A DNA stretch of 62,926 nucleotides, filler included, from Octopus bimaculoides (taxonomy: Eukaryota), in the NCBI RefSeq assembly GCF_001194135.2. It is 7 parts of 6 records of this genome, joined end to end, with 100 filler letters (N's around TTAATTAATTAA, not from the genome) between each part and the next. Parts side by side here need not be neighbours in the genome. Positions count along the whole stretch, not along the records: positions 1 to 11,060 come from NC_069004.1; positions 11,161 to 22,582 come from NC_069010.1; 5 more parts are not named here. One strand, written 5' to 3'. Both the position numbers and the translations under genes were made by a program. The notes beneath the pieces are model-generated. The model saw only the letters and a list, made by a program, of their open reading frames with translations. It had not been told where the DNA came from and ran no database searches. This document shows, one piece after another, positions 1 to 12,064 of the stretch (positions within the stretch are counted from its first letter, which is position 1; each line of letters opens with the position of its first letter).

Positions 1-21
1 ATATATATGCATACATACACA

Positions 22-563
22 CCGTGTTTCCCCGAAAATAAGACCTACTCCGAAAATAAGCCCTACCATGATTTTTCAGGATGTTTTTAATATAAGCCCT
101 ACCCCGAAAATAAGACAAGTAAAAAAATGCATCAGCTTGTTAGTGAGACAATGTGATGTTTGCAAGAAGTCGTGAATTGTGTGAAGAATTCATGGAATAA
201 AATTACCGACAGTTGCGTTGCCAATGCACTACGAGCAGGGTACTTGGACAAAAAGTGTTCATTTAAGGAAAGTTATATTGCCAAACATGAAAGATTAAGG
301 TCCATGATTCTACAGGAAATGGATTTCCAAGAAATTCAGTCTGAAGTTCAGAGTTTGATGATTCATGACAATGTTCCAGAGGAGGATGAAATGTTTGTAC
401 TTGACTAAAAACCAAAAGCAAATAAATAAACTTTTGATAACTAAAAACATGGGTTTCCTTTTTACAATTTTTTTCCTTTTACAAGAGGGCATGGAACTTT
501 TTTTTTTTCCTCGGACTTTTTCCGCTAATATATATGACATCCTCCGAAAATAAGCCCTAGTGC
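22..563 (+). mobile_element. Tc1/mariner-superfamily (Tc2/pogo-like) non-autonomous DNA transposon, right end lost in gap
   Basis: Starts CCGTGTTTCCCCGAAAATAAGAC, resembling Tc2-type terminal repeats; CCGAAAATAAG recurs at about 32, 50, 103 and 544. ORF 160-408 (VNCVKNSWNKITDSCVANALRAG) resembles the C-terminal helix of pogo/Tigger DDE transposases. Confidence 0.7.
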
Positions 564-771
564 NNNNNNNNNNNNNNNNNNNNNNNNNNNNNNNNNNNNN
601 NNNNNNNNNNNNNNNNNNNNNNNNNNNNNNNNNNNNNNNNNNNNNNNNNNNNNNNNNNNNNNNNNNNNNNNNNNNNNNNNNNNNNNNNNNNNNNNNNNNN
701 NNNNNNNNNNNNNNNNNNNNNNNNNNNNNNNNNNNNNNNNNNNNNNNNNATATATATATATATATATAGAT

Positions 772-837
<66 letters not shown>

Positions 838-839
838 CG

Positions 840-1024
840 CTGACCACTACTTTTATTTTTTTTCTCTCCTTGTCTCTCTCCTTGTTTCTTTCTGTATTCC
901 TTTCAGTTGAAGAGCGTAGGCTCGAAACATCAAAGACTTTCTCTATTCCCGAGCGTTAAACTAATACATCCATTTATTGTTTACACCACCTGTCTTCGTC
1001 TGTTGTTTTTTCGTAAATTCTCCC

Positions 1025-1026
<2 letters not shown>
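840..1026 (+). mobile_element. Short interspersed repeat with hammerhead-like motif, probable PLE terminal remnant
   Basis: Second copy in reverse orientation at about 27780-27965; contains TTGAAGA-GCGTAGGCTC-GAAAC-ATC-AAAG at 907-935. Confidence 0.5.
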
Positions 1027-1090
<64 letters not shown>

Positions 1091-2442
1091 TGCCTGAGTG
1101 TGCATGTATGTATATGTATGTGTGCTTGTATAAACTCACTGGTCTTCCACAAAATTCCTGTTTACCAGATTCATTCACAAAGCATTAGTCGGTCCGGGGC
1201 TATTCTAGGGGTTGTAGAAGGAACAGGCCTAAAATTACGGACAGTGGGGCTGAACTCAAAACCACGTGATTTCAGACCTAGCCTCTTAACCATACACACA
1301 TGCCTACGCCTACAGATGTATGTATATAAAAGAAAAAAAATACACAGAAAGTGAAGGCATTAAATATACGTAATGTAAAGGCCTTAAAAATACATTAACT
1401 GAGGAGGTTAGAACATGACAAAGGAATGAGCTGTCAAATGGAAGTATGTACAGAGACGTTAAAGAAACCTGTTGTTGTTAAGCGTAAAAAATAACAACTC
1501 ATAGGAAAAACTAGAGAAAGCTCATCGATCCTGGAAGTTAAGTATCGATCCATCCTACTTTATGGAAATGATCATGGAAAAACAAAGGCTTGAAAATATC
1601 AATCCTTTTATCTTTCAAATAAATGGTTACACTTACGTAGAGACAGAGAATGCACACAGAGATATAAAGTGTTCGTTGTGAGGTCCCCTGCTTAGATGTG
1701 CCTTTTAGATTCTTCTCTACAAACGAATCACCGGGGAAAGAAATCTATACATTAAAACAAGCCTAATCAACAACGGCGATTCTTATAAACTTAATGGACA
1801 AGGCTGTAGATCACTGCAATCCACAAAATACAGCGCAGTACACACATACAAACATACATACAAACATACAAACATCAGCTACTGTAGCTAATAAAAAATA
1901 CGCAACCATCGTATAAATGTGTATTACATGAATCGATTGCATACGTAGTACAGAATACTTAAACGTGTTATCGCAATAAATGCTGTATTACATGAAACCA
2001 TAATGTCATACTAGTACATAATGCATATATACATATACATATATATATANNNNNNNNNNNNNNNNNNNNNNNNNNNNNNNNNNNNNNNNNNNNNNNNNNN
2101 NNNNNNNNNNNNNNNNNNNNNNNNNNNNNNNNNNNNNNNNNNNNNNNNNNNNNNNNNNNNNNNNNNNNNNNNNNNNNNNNNNNNNNNNNNNNNNNNNNNN
2201 NNNNNNNNNNNNNNNNNNNNNNNNNNNNNNNNNNNNNNNNNNNNNNNNNNNNNNNTCTTTTTTCTGTATGTATATTATTGTTATTATTATTATTATTATC
2301 ATTATTATTATTGTCATTATTTGGGTGAATGATGGAAGAATGTACCGATTGCGTACCGGGATCGATCTAATCGACGGGCCCCCTCTCCCCAAAGCTTTCG
2401 GGCCTTGGGCCTAGAGTAGAAAAGAATATTTCTTCGTTGGTT

Positions 2443-2670
2443 AAGACGGAGAGCTGGCAGAGTCGTCAGCACGCCGGGCGAAATGCTTTGCGGCATTCTG
2501 TCTGTCTTTATGTACTGAGTTCAAATTCCGTCGAGATTGACTTTACTTTTCATCCTTCCGGAGTCGATAAATGAAGTACCAGTGAAACACTGGGGTCGAT
2601 GTAAACGACTAGTCCTTTCCTCCCAAAATGGCAAGCTTTGTGCCTTTAGTAGAAACGGTTATTAGTATAT
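2443..2670 (+). mobile_element. SINE family B copy (degenerate)
   Basis: GAGCTGGCAGAGTCGTCAGCACGCCGGGCGAAATGCT...TTCAAATTCC...TTTCATCCTTCCGGAGTCGATAAATGAAGTACC, same as other family B copies; another partial copy follows at about 2676-2860. Confidence 0.75.
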
Positions 2671-3248
2671 TGTTAAGGCGACGAGCTGGCAGAATCGTTA
2701 ACACGTCTGTTTTTACGTTGAGTTCAAATTAGACTTTGCCTTTCCTCTTTTTCAGGGTCGATAAAATAAACATCAGTTGATCAATGGGGATCGATGTAAT
2801 CGAGCCACCCCTTTTCCGAGCTTGCCGGCCTGGTGCCAAAATTAGAAACCAATATATTTTTTCGTTCCTTTCTAAGATAGTCATAACAATGTTACTATTT
2901 CGAAGTTCTTTGTCTCTGTCTTTTTCTTTATGCTTCCTCCACAATGACTATTGAATTTCATCTAAAAACTCTAGTCATGAAATTTACAACAACTGAATCG
3001 ATAATTTCATCATGAATTGCCTATAACAAACTATCATTTGTACATATATTTTCTCTTGTCATTGTACTAGATAAAGCGTGTAACAAACTCATAGATATGC
3101 ATAACATCCCTGGCTTTTTTAGACATTAGCTTCGTTATACGGCCTATGCATAAATACATATAGGTGTGTGTATGTGTCTCTCTGTCTGTGTGTCTGTCTG
3201 TCTGTGTATGTACGTATGTGTATATATATATATATATGTACATATATA

Positions 3249-3311
<63 letters not shown>

Positions 3312-3470
3312 NNNNNNNNNNNNNNNNNNNNNNNNNNNNNNNNNNNNNNNNNNNNNNNNNNNNNNNNNNNNNNNNNNNNNNNNNNNNNNNNNNNNNNNNN
3401 NNNNNNNNNNNNNNNNNNNNNNNNNNNNNNNNNNNNNNNNNNNNNNNNNNNNNNNNNNNTATATATATGC

Positions 3471-3601
<131 letters not shown>

Positions 3602-3908
3602 TAGATATATATTTATATGTAAATATGCGTACATGTATATACATACACACACACACATATATATATATATACATATATACATATATATGTAAAGGATATT
3701 GGTATCTAGAAGACCCAATGAGTGGCAGGTAATGCTACGTAAGAGATAAGGATAGACCATAGTTAAACTCTTGGTTCGATCGTGGTACGAGTGAGGGGGT
3801 TAATGTGAGTCATGTACTAGCATGCATATATGTATATATTAGACAAAAACAGATAACAAAATCAAGGCTGCGAGGAGTTTTCAGGGCATTTATATGGAAA
3901 GAGATATA

Positions 3909-3956
3909 GTCTTACAGCTGTTTCTGGGATATTATGGATATCCCTTGATCAGAGAC
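3909..3956 (-). ncRNA. Minimal type I hammerhead ribozyme motif, core mutated
   Basis: Minus strand GTCT-CTGATCA-AG-GGATAT-CCATA-ATATCC-CA-GAAAC-AGCT-GTA-AGAC: stem I GTCT/AGAC, stem II GGATAT/ATATCC, palindromic stem III ACAGCTGT; G8 replaced by C. Confidence 0.65.
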
Positions 3957-4074
3957 GATGTGAGAGAGGTAAATGTTTGAGTTCGAAATAAGGAAATTAT
4001 TATGTGTGTGCATGTAGGTTTATAAAATTACTATTTTTAAATCTCACAACGAGAGATATTCAGCAACAGTACTT

Positions 4075-4283
4075 TGGAGTAAAGCTTTTTGCCAACATAA
4101 CATGGCAGTCCTGGTTTAGGACTGAGTGTGGGGGGGGGGTGCTAGAGTCCCTTGTTCGAAAATATAAGGACATAAATCGTGTCGGTATAGCCAGCTGGAG
4201 ACGATGTCTCCTGGAGCTTAATTACAGCAACATTCGTCCTAAACCAGGACCGCCATGTTATGTTGGCAAAAATCTTTACTCCA
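4075..4283. mobile_element. Foldback element / MITE with 47-48 bp inverted arms
   Basis: 4076-4122 is the reverse complement of 4236-4282 with 2 mismatches. Confidence 0.85.
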
Positions 4284-4317
4284 TGTAGTTTTATGTATGT
4301 ATGTATACGTATGTGGG

Positions 4318-4349
<32 letters not shown>

Positions 4350-4863
4350 TGGCTTCTATCATACTTTGGGTTCTTATTTGTATGTATGAATGGATGGATG
4401 GAAGAATGGATGGATGGATGGATGGATGCATACGTAATGCCCCGAAGCTACAGTAGTGGATTCTTGACCAAAGGTCCTTTCTATTCGTTGGGATCAGGTC
4501 CAAGACCGCCAGATCGCAAAACAAGCTTTCTCCTCTACATAAACATAACTACGTAAATTTTTTTTTTCTTATTTTTCTATGCTATTTATCTTTTTTTACT
4601 TTTATGTATTTCTTTATTTATTTACGTTTCTCTGACCTGCTGACATATCGATATATAATCGATGATTTGTGATTTGACTGCCAAAGACATTATTGTCTGT
4701 TTCGGTGTATGAAATCTTCTCGATAATTTGGTGTTTTCTAGACCATTATCGGTTCTATGTTAATTAACTAGCAACCTATATCTGCGTGTGCGTGTCTATC
4801 TCCATGTATGTGTACGTGTGCGCCTGTGTGTATGCGTGTATGTCTGTCTGTGCTTGCATTTGC

Positions 4864-4895
<32 letters not shown>

Positions 4896-4975
4896 CTGTG
4901 TGCGTGGACCTGCGTGTGTATTTCTGTGTCTGTCTATGTGTTTCTGTGTATACCTGTATACGTTTATAAGTGTGC

Positions 4976-5033
<58 letters not shown>

Positions 5034-5398
5034 ACGTGTGAGTGCCTATGCATGTGTTCGCATGTGTGTTTATGTATGTGTGTAGTGTGTGCGTGCCGGT
5101 GTAAGAGTGTTTGTGTTTGTACCTATGGGAATAAGGAGTCTGCTTCTGTGTGGCGGGACCTTGAGCGTACGCGCACGTGTGTGTCAATGTGTCTGTGTAT
5201 AACTGTATGTGCCTGGATGTGTACTTGTGTGCTTGTCTATATGTGTATATGTGTGCCTATATGTCTGTATCTGTATGAGTGTGTGTGTACTGGCAAGATT
5301 GTCAGACACTAATTACAGAGCACATATTTGTGGTGTTTGTAACGAGAAACTTGGTGAATATATCGTTTTATTTAAACATAACTTCTGATTACTCTAAA

Positions 5399-5538
5399 CC
5401 AGTCTGACCTGGTTTAACCTGGTCTAACCTGGTCTGGTCTAGTCTGATCTGGCCTCGTCTGACCTCGTCTGATCTCGTCTGGCTTGGTCTGTTCCTGCCT
5501 GGCCTCTTCTGGCCTTTTCTGATTTGGCCTGGCCTGAC
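5399..5538. repeat. Degenerate 5/10-bp minisatellite (GGTCT/GACCT-like)
   Basis: Run of CTGGT/CTGAC/CTCGT/CTGGC pentamers read directly. Confidence 0.7.
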
Positions 5539-6283
5539 GTAGCCTCTCTTTTCATATTAAGACTTGTTTTCATGTATGTCTGTATGCATGTCTGTCTGTC
5601 TGTCTGTCTGTCTGTATGTATGTATGTATGTTTGTATGTATGTATGTATGTATGTATGTATGTATGTATGCATGTCTGTCTGTATGTATGTATCCGTGTC
5701 TGTCTATGTGTGTGTGTGTCAGTATGTCTGTCTATATATATGTAAGTATGTATGTATGGCTGTATTCATAATAATTTCGCCCAATACCACATGACTTGAA
5801 GTTTCGTGGATAGTAGAACACATCCAACTCATGATATGTTATCAGGAGAGCGGAAATTTTGAGAAAAACCCGCGGTGGCTTCTAGATGCTCAGGGCTGTT
5901 CGTCAGCTCAGGTCACGTTGGGTTAATGCTATCAAATCGACTCCAGCTATTTTCATTATTTTTAGGCCCATATTTTCGAACAGAACTTTTGCATATATGA
6001 TATGGTGCATATCGTAGCAAAAAAGATATAAAAGACAGGGTGATAACTCTTGTCGCTTTCACTATCACAAATGCAGCGAACCAATGATTGGCTGTCAGTT
6101 GAAACACTGTAACCAATGACGTTAACATTTACAAACTGGGATATAAAATATATACTTGGCTACATCTTACAAGCCCTACATATGTGCCTGCGTGTGTGTG
6201 TGTCTGCATGTATATGTACATATATAGAGATATAGATATAAATACGTATATATATGCAAGTTTGTATTATGTATGTACGAATG

Positions 6284-6354
<71 letters not shown>

Positions 6355-7603
6355 ATGTTTGTATGTATGCATGTATGTGTGTCTGCATGTATGTATGTAT
6401 GTGTGTCTGCATGTACTTATGTATGTATGTATGTATGTATGTATGTATGTATGTATGTATGTATATGTGTGTGTATGTATGCATGTATAAAGGTTAACGT
6501 TATTTATAGCCATGGATTGCGGGGTGCCATATTGAATTTGAACAGTCGCTGCCTTTCTTTGGTCTTCATAATTAATTGTCAAATTTCTCTTTCATGAATC
6601 CATATTGAATCCCAAACGATTCCAATATATATAACTTTGCTTCGTTGCCGTTGATTTAATTTTTTTTATTTTATTTATTATTTTTTTTTCTTTCTTTCTT
6701 TTTTATCAAGTTGCTGCTTATGAAGTTAAGGATTTCTGCTGTTTAAACAGTTCTGATTTATTTTTAGCTTTAAACTACTCCAGAACGGACTGATTTTGAA
6801 TGATGACGACGACGACGACGAGTAGGAGAAGGAAGAGGAGGAGCTGGTGGTGGTGGTGGTGGTGNNNNNNNNNNNNNNNNNNNNNNNGCAGCAGCAGCAG
6901 CAGCAGGAGTGCTAAGATCTTAGAAAAATGGATCCTATTTATATCGTCCAATAGTTTCCCGGGTATTATTATTCGCTGGGGTTTTTCCATTTTTCTTTTT
7001 CTCTTTCTTTTCATTTCTTTCCGAACACAGAAAATATAAACATATTTATGTAAGAAGGGAGATGAGAGGCGATGGGAGTTGTCCTAACTCATTCGTACCG
7101 TACTGTTTTGTCTTTCAGACACCAGTGACAGAAAATCAACATTTATATTTCATCCATAACATTGCAATGGAAATAGTCAAGCATGATTTATCGTGTTTCA
7201 AACCTTTTTAATAACAACCCGAGAATTTTTCTATCATCTTGTACCAATCAATACAAATCTATATGCTTATAGATGGGACGCTGTGTGAGCGCTACAAGAG
7301 ACGCAACCTTCCGCCCTCCAGCCTTTCATTCCGGTGATCAGCTAACCTCCTGCTTTCCACCATCTTTTTCTCACGTCCAATCCCCCTTGTTTTCAGTCAT
7401 CTTCTCTATGATCTCCCTATATGTCTTTTAGTGAGGTTTAGCTCCTATTTTTAGAAGGTATAGCCGCAACCATCTCTTCATTTTTGTATAACATGGATTG
7501 AATTTTCCTTTGTATATCGAACGACATATTAATGGTTTGAGTGAGATTTATCTCCTGTTTTTACTAAGTATAACTGTTTTCTGCCCCTTATAACAAACAT
7601 ACA

Positions 7604-7634
<31 letters not shown>

Positions 7635-8292
7635 CAATTGATTTGTGTTTTAATAATCGTGATTATCAACTCTGTAGCCTCCAGTCTGTATTTGCCTTGA
7701 AGGGTATCCTGAAGGAATACTAATGAATATTCCTGGTTGATCAACCAGTCAGTAGAGTGTGTGTGTGTGTGTGTGTGTGNNNNNNNNNNNNNNNNNNNNN
7801 NNNNNNNNNNNNNNNNNNNNNNNNNNNNNNNNNNNNNNNNNNNNNNNNNNNNNNNNNNNNNNNNNNNNNNNNNNNNNNNNNNNNNNNNNNNNNNNNNNNN
7901 NNNNNNNNNNNNNNNNNNNNNNNNNNNNNNNNNNNNNNNNNNNNNNNNNNNNNNNNNNNNNNNNNNNNNNNNNNNNNNNNNNNNNNNNNNNNNNNNNNNN
8001 NNNNNNNNNNNNNNNNNNNNNNNNNNNNNNNNNNNNNNNNNNNNNNNNNNNNNNNNNNNNTGTAGATAGATACATATATACATACATGCAAACTGACAGG
8101 CAGACAGACATCTATATATACATATGACAGAGAGAGACAATAATGTCCTTTATTTAAGTTGGTATGCTGTACTTTCAAAGAGATTTGACAGCTATTGCTC
8201 GCTCTTCGTCTAAGGACCGTAAAGATACCTCTTTGTTACCCTCTACGTTTCGATCATTCTTTCAAGAGATACATTGAACGTAGCTGATAGAC

Positions 8293-8327
<35 letters not shown>

Positions 8328-9559
8328 NNNNNNNNNNTAGATATCGAACATGACTGCTATGAATATAAACTCCCTTTTGTTTCTCACTTTAGTGTAGAAT
8401 CCATCACCTCGGTTGTCCATGGCGAAGAATTCACAGGCAGTTTTTTTCCCCCATCTGTGTGTTTTCCGTTTTAATTATTTTCACAAGCGCTTTGGATTGC
8501 TCTTCAAAATCACATTTTCTTTTTTCTACTTTTTATCGTACTTTCCGCCATGTTTGAATTGACCTATGTCCACATCAACTATTTCTATAGGTTCACAGCA
8601 ATCTATCTTTACCTCTAATATTGCTATAACACAGTGGAATACCAACAGGTTCGTTTGTAGTCTCCTGACTCTTTATTCGTTTAACTACTTTCATTGATGA
8701 AATCCTTTGTGATGAAGGAACGACATACAGCCGATCTTTTCTTCCTGCTAAGAATATCATCAAAACCTAACTGTAATATCAATAGCATTAATTATTTGTC
8801 TTCAATGCTGTATTATAGATTGTGCATAATGCAAGAAATCCTATTAGTTTTATATAAATACCAGAAGACTATGGAAGATCGGCTTGATATCAAATTGCTA
8901 TTGGATAAGCCGCCACCTTAGATGTCGTCTGCTTAAGCATGGCTTTGTATTTATGTCGGTAATTGTTTATATTTATTAAGGAGACTTTCACGCGGCCTAA
9001 AAGCTTTTTATTCAACGCACATCTCATTTTAATATCTTTAAGATGTCGGAAATAAGTTTGAAAGACAACTAGCGAAGATAATGTTTGTCTATTTATAAAT
9101 TATATATTTCACTTTTCCTGGAATTCTTAAATTAAGGTTTCTTTACAATAGCTGCGAGAGAGAAAGAGGGTGGGTGGAGAGAGAGCAAAAAAAGAGAGAG
9201 AGAGTAAGAAAGAGAGAGAGAGAGCGAGGCAGACAGACAGAAAGGGAGAAAGAGAGAGAGAGTGCATGTGTTTGTGTATATGTGATTGTGTGTGTATGTG
9301 CATGTGTGTGTGTGTGCATGCGTGTGTGTGTGTGTGTGTGTGTGAAATACAGTACGAGAGAGAATACTTGTGAGAGGGAGAGAGTGAGAGAGTGAGTGAG
9401 AGAGAGAGAGAGAGACAGAGAGAGAGAGAGAAATGTGCTTAAATATGAATACATAACTCTACATTTGCATTAAGCATTCAATAATAAATTTGAAAGCAAA
9501 CCAGTTCGAATTACACTCAACAAAGCTAATACGTTATCTATTTATCTATCTTATTTCTT

Positions 9560-9780
9560 CACTGCCCATAAGGAGCTACACACAGAGGGGACAAACAAGG
9601 ACAGACAAACGGATTAAGTTGGTTATATCGACCCCAGTACGTAACTGGTACTTATTTAATCGACCCCAAAAGGATGAAATGCAAAGTCGACCTCGGCGGA
9701 ATTTGAACTCAGAACATAGCGGCAGACGAAATACCGCTAAGCATTTCGCCCGGTGTGCCAACGTTTCTGCTAGCTCACCG
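9560..9780 (-). mobile_element. SINE family B copy
   Basis: Reverse complement of the family B consensus (GCTAAGCATTTCGCCCGG...AGGATGAAATGCAAAGTCGACCTCGGCGGAATTTGAACTCAGAAC). Confidence 0.85.
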
Positions 9781-9804
9781 CTTATCTATCTATCTATCTC
9801 TCTA

Positions 9805-9835
<31 letters not shown>

Positions 9836-10544
9836 GTCTGTCTGTCTGTCTGGAGATTCTGAAGTCGTCCGGAGGCCGTGGTTGAAGCCAGTGGCGATTT
9901 TATTGAATAAATTTACTCTTTAGTATTTCAAGATAGTTTTATGTAATTTTGGTAAATATATCTGTTAAAATGAGATTTTCATTTTTGAGTAATTTATACG
10001 ACAGTTTATTCACCGCATCCTGTATATATGCTGTGCATGTGTGTGTATGAATGTTTGTATGTGTGTATAGATATATAAGTATGTGTAGTTGTTTAAGAGA
10101 TGGTTTAGCTGTACTTCTCAATTAAATCAACAACAAAACCTAAACAGAAAACAAATTGCAGTGTATCGATTAGAAAGCAATAATATTGATTATTTAAAAG
10201 CTAAATGCGTCTGTTTGCCACTGTCCAGCATCATCTCCTAATAAGCCAATAAGCTGCTTTCTTCAAAAATTATCTTCTTTAACAGAAAAACCCATCAAGC
10301 TTTCAAATATAAATCTAACGGATGTTATCAAGCAAATTTTGCAAACTACGAAGTTTAGGGTTCAAGCCCAATGCGGATCGGTACCTTGCAGAAGTGCCTT
10401 CTACAATAACGCTAGAATTTGGTTGAAGGAAATCATGTGGAAATTTAAGTGGCACCTTGGGCAAGTATCTCCAAGCATATCCTCGGGCCATCCAAAACTT
10501 TGTGAGTGGATTTGGTTGACGGAAACTGAAAGAAGCCCAACATT

Positions 10545-10810
10545 CTGCATTGAGACGTCACAGTTCCGGTATTATGGACATGTAATTAGAATGTCTGAAG
10601 AATCGTAAAGATCACAAGATCGATTCTTCAAGCCCAGCCAACCTGCAGGAGATCTAAGGAGTAGATCAAAAACGAAATGGTTGTATAAGCTGGTTGGATA
10701 ATATCCATAGTCTTAAATGGTGACGCTCGAGAACCCAGTTAGAAAATGTAATGGCGTTTGCTTCTAGCGGGACTCAGTGAAAGAGGTACCTGAGGACTCT
10801 ACCTACGCGG
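10545..10810 (+). mobile_element. RTE-type LINE 3' ORF remnant
   Basis: Translates IETSQFRYYGHVIRMSEES followed by a degenerate GRP..KW-like segment, resembling the LRWYGHVxRM motif at the C-terminus of RTE ORF2. Confidence 0.55.
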
Positions 10811-11060
10811 CCTTCATTGAAACGTAAGGTTGTTGGTGGAGAAGAAAGATGGGAGGATTAAGTAGTTTGAAACAAGCGTTGTATTGGCGGCTTTCACTGG
10901 TTCTAATCCCAGGCAGACAGGACTGACGTGATTGATGTTTCCTTCGAGAAACGGTAAATTAATAGCGGCAGAAAAAATTCGGGTTGGGGGAGAATTCTAG
11001 CGGTAGAAGGTTTTGTTGAAGAAGGACTGGAGAAAAGAGGCTAGAGTGGTTTTGGAGGGT

Positions 11061-11160
11061 NNNNNNNNNNNNNNNNNNNNNNNNNNNNNNNNNNNNNNNN
11101 NNNNTTAATTAATTAANNNNNNNNNNNNNNNNNNNNNNNNNNNNNNNNNNNNNNNNNNNN
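11061..11160. other. Artificial scaffold pad N44-TTAATTAATTAA-N44
   Basis: Identical 100-bp pad at 11061, 22583, 29340, 33633, 39794 and 60683; TTAATTAATTAA is palindromic with stops in all six frames. Confidence 0.95.
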
Positions 11161-11247
11161 AGATTGGAGCCTGGTGTGGCCATCCGGTTTCACCAGTCCT
11201 CAGTCAAATCGTCCAACCCATGCCAGCATGGAAAGCGGACGTTAAAC

Positions 11248-11277
<30 letters not shown>
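11161..11277 (+). mobile_element. 3' end of (GAT)n-tailed retroposon (family E)
   Basis: CCAACCCATGCCAGCATGGAAAGCGGACGTTAAAC followed by a (GAT)n tail; longer minus-strand copies at about 13725-13995 and 28788-29150. Confidence 0.8.
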
Positions 11278-11279
<2 letters not shown>

Positions 11280-11301
11280 GTGTTCTTTCTTTTTATTCCA
11301 G

Positions 11302-11407
11302 TGTCTTTGGGGAACTTAAAATTGTGCGTTTACCAAAGAAGATGGCTGGTACTGGATCCCATCGAGGTTTTGCTTTTGTAGACTTTGTAAATCGTCGAGA
11401 GGCAAAG
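11302..11407 (+). CDS. RBM19: RBM19 (RNA-binding motif protein 19), exon encoding most of the last RRM
   Basis: ttttattccag acceptor, gtaagt donor; [35 protein letters not shown] with RNP1 RGFAFVDF matches the recalled RBM19/Mrd1 C-terminal RRM (FGELKTVRLPKKM.GTG.HRGFGFVDF). Confidence 0.93.
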
Positions 11408-11690
11408 GTAAGTGGTTGTCCCATCAAAGTCTTTGTCCTTTCCTTACGCGTGAGAGGTTTCTAATTGCTAGAAATAGTAGCTAAATTTCCCTCTGACTAC
11501 AAACTACTGTCTCCCCGAGATAAAAAGGGATAAAGAAACCAAGTGCTGGGTAGTTCTAAAAACAATGATTGGATGGTCATGGCTGGAACGCTTTTGATAA
11601 TAGACTTGCTAGGTTATGCTGATTTTTGTCTCTTTGAAAATTGAATAAATACATATTAAACATATCCTGGCAAGCTGGAAAACATTTTTA

Positions 11691-11845
11691 GGTGCAGGCA
11701 TGGCTGTGTGGTAAGAAGCTTGCTTCCCAGCCACATGGTTCTGGGTTCAGTCCCACTGCATGGCACTTTGGGAAAGTATCTTCTACTATAGCTTCATTCT
11801 GACCAATGCCTTGTGAGTGGATTTGGTAGACAGAAACTGAAAGAA
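11691..11845 (+). mobile_element. tRNA-derived CORE-like SINE (family A), 5' part, interrupted by a family B insertion
   Basis: tRNA-like head GGCTGTGTGGTAAG...GGGTTCAGTCCC then CACTTTGGGAAAGTATCTTCTACTATAGC, resembling the MIR/CORE motif CCTTGGGCAAGT. Confidence 0.8.
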
Positions 11846-12041
11846 CGGCGAGCTGGCAGAAACGTTAGCACACCGGGCGAAATGCTTAACGGTATTTCAT
11901 CTGCCGCTACGTTCTGAGTTCAAATTCCGCTGAGGTCGACTTTGCCTTTCATCCTTTCAGGGTTGATGTAATCGACTTAATCCCTTTGTCTGTCCTTGTT
12001 TGTCCCCTCTATGTTTAGCCTTGTGGGCAATAAAGAAATAG
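11846..12041 (+). mobile_element. SINE family B copy with 13-bp target-site duplication
   Basis: GAAACTGAAAGAA at 11833-11845 and 12042-12054 flanks it. The central GCCTTTCATCCTTTC(A/G)GGGT(C)GAT resembles the Deu/Nin-type SINE domain. Confidence 0.85.
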
Positions 12042-12064
12042 GAAACTGAAAGAAGCCTGCTATA

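Noticed and set aside
5885-5926. GGCTGTTCGTCAGCTC...GTTGGGTTAA resembling a conserved bacterial 16S rRNA segment
   Set aside because: Only two short gapped matches with no flanking rRNA similarity; chance is sufficient.
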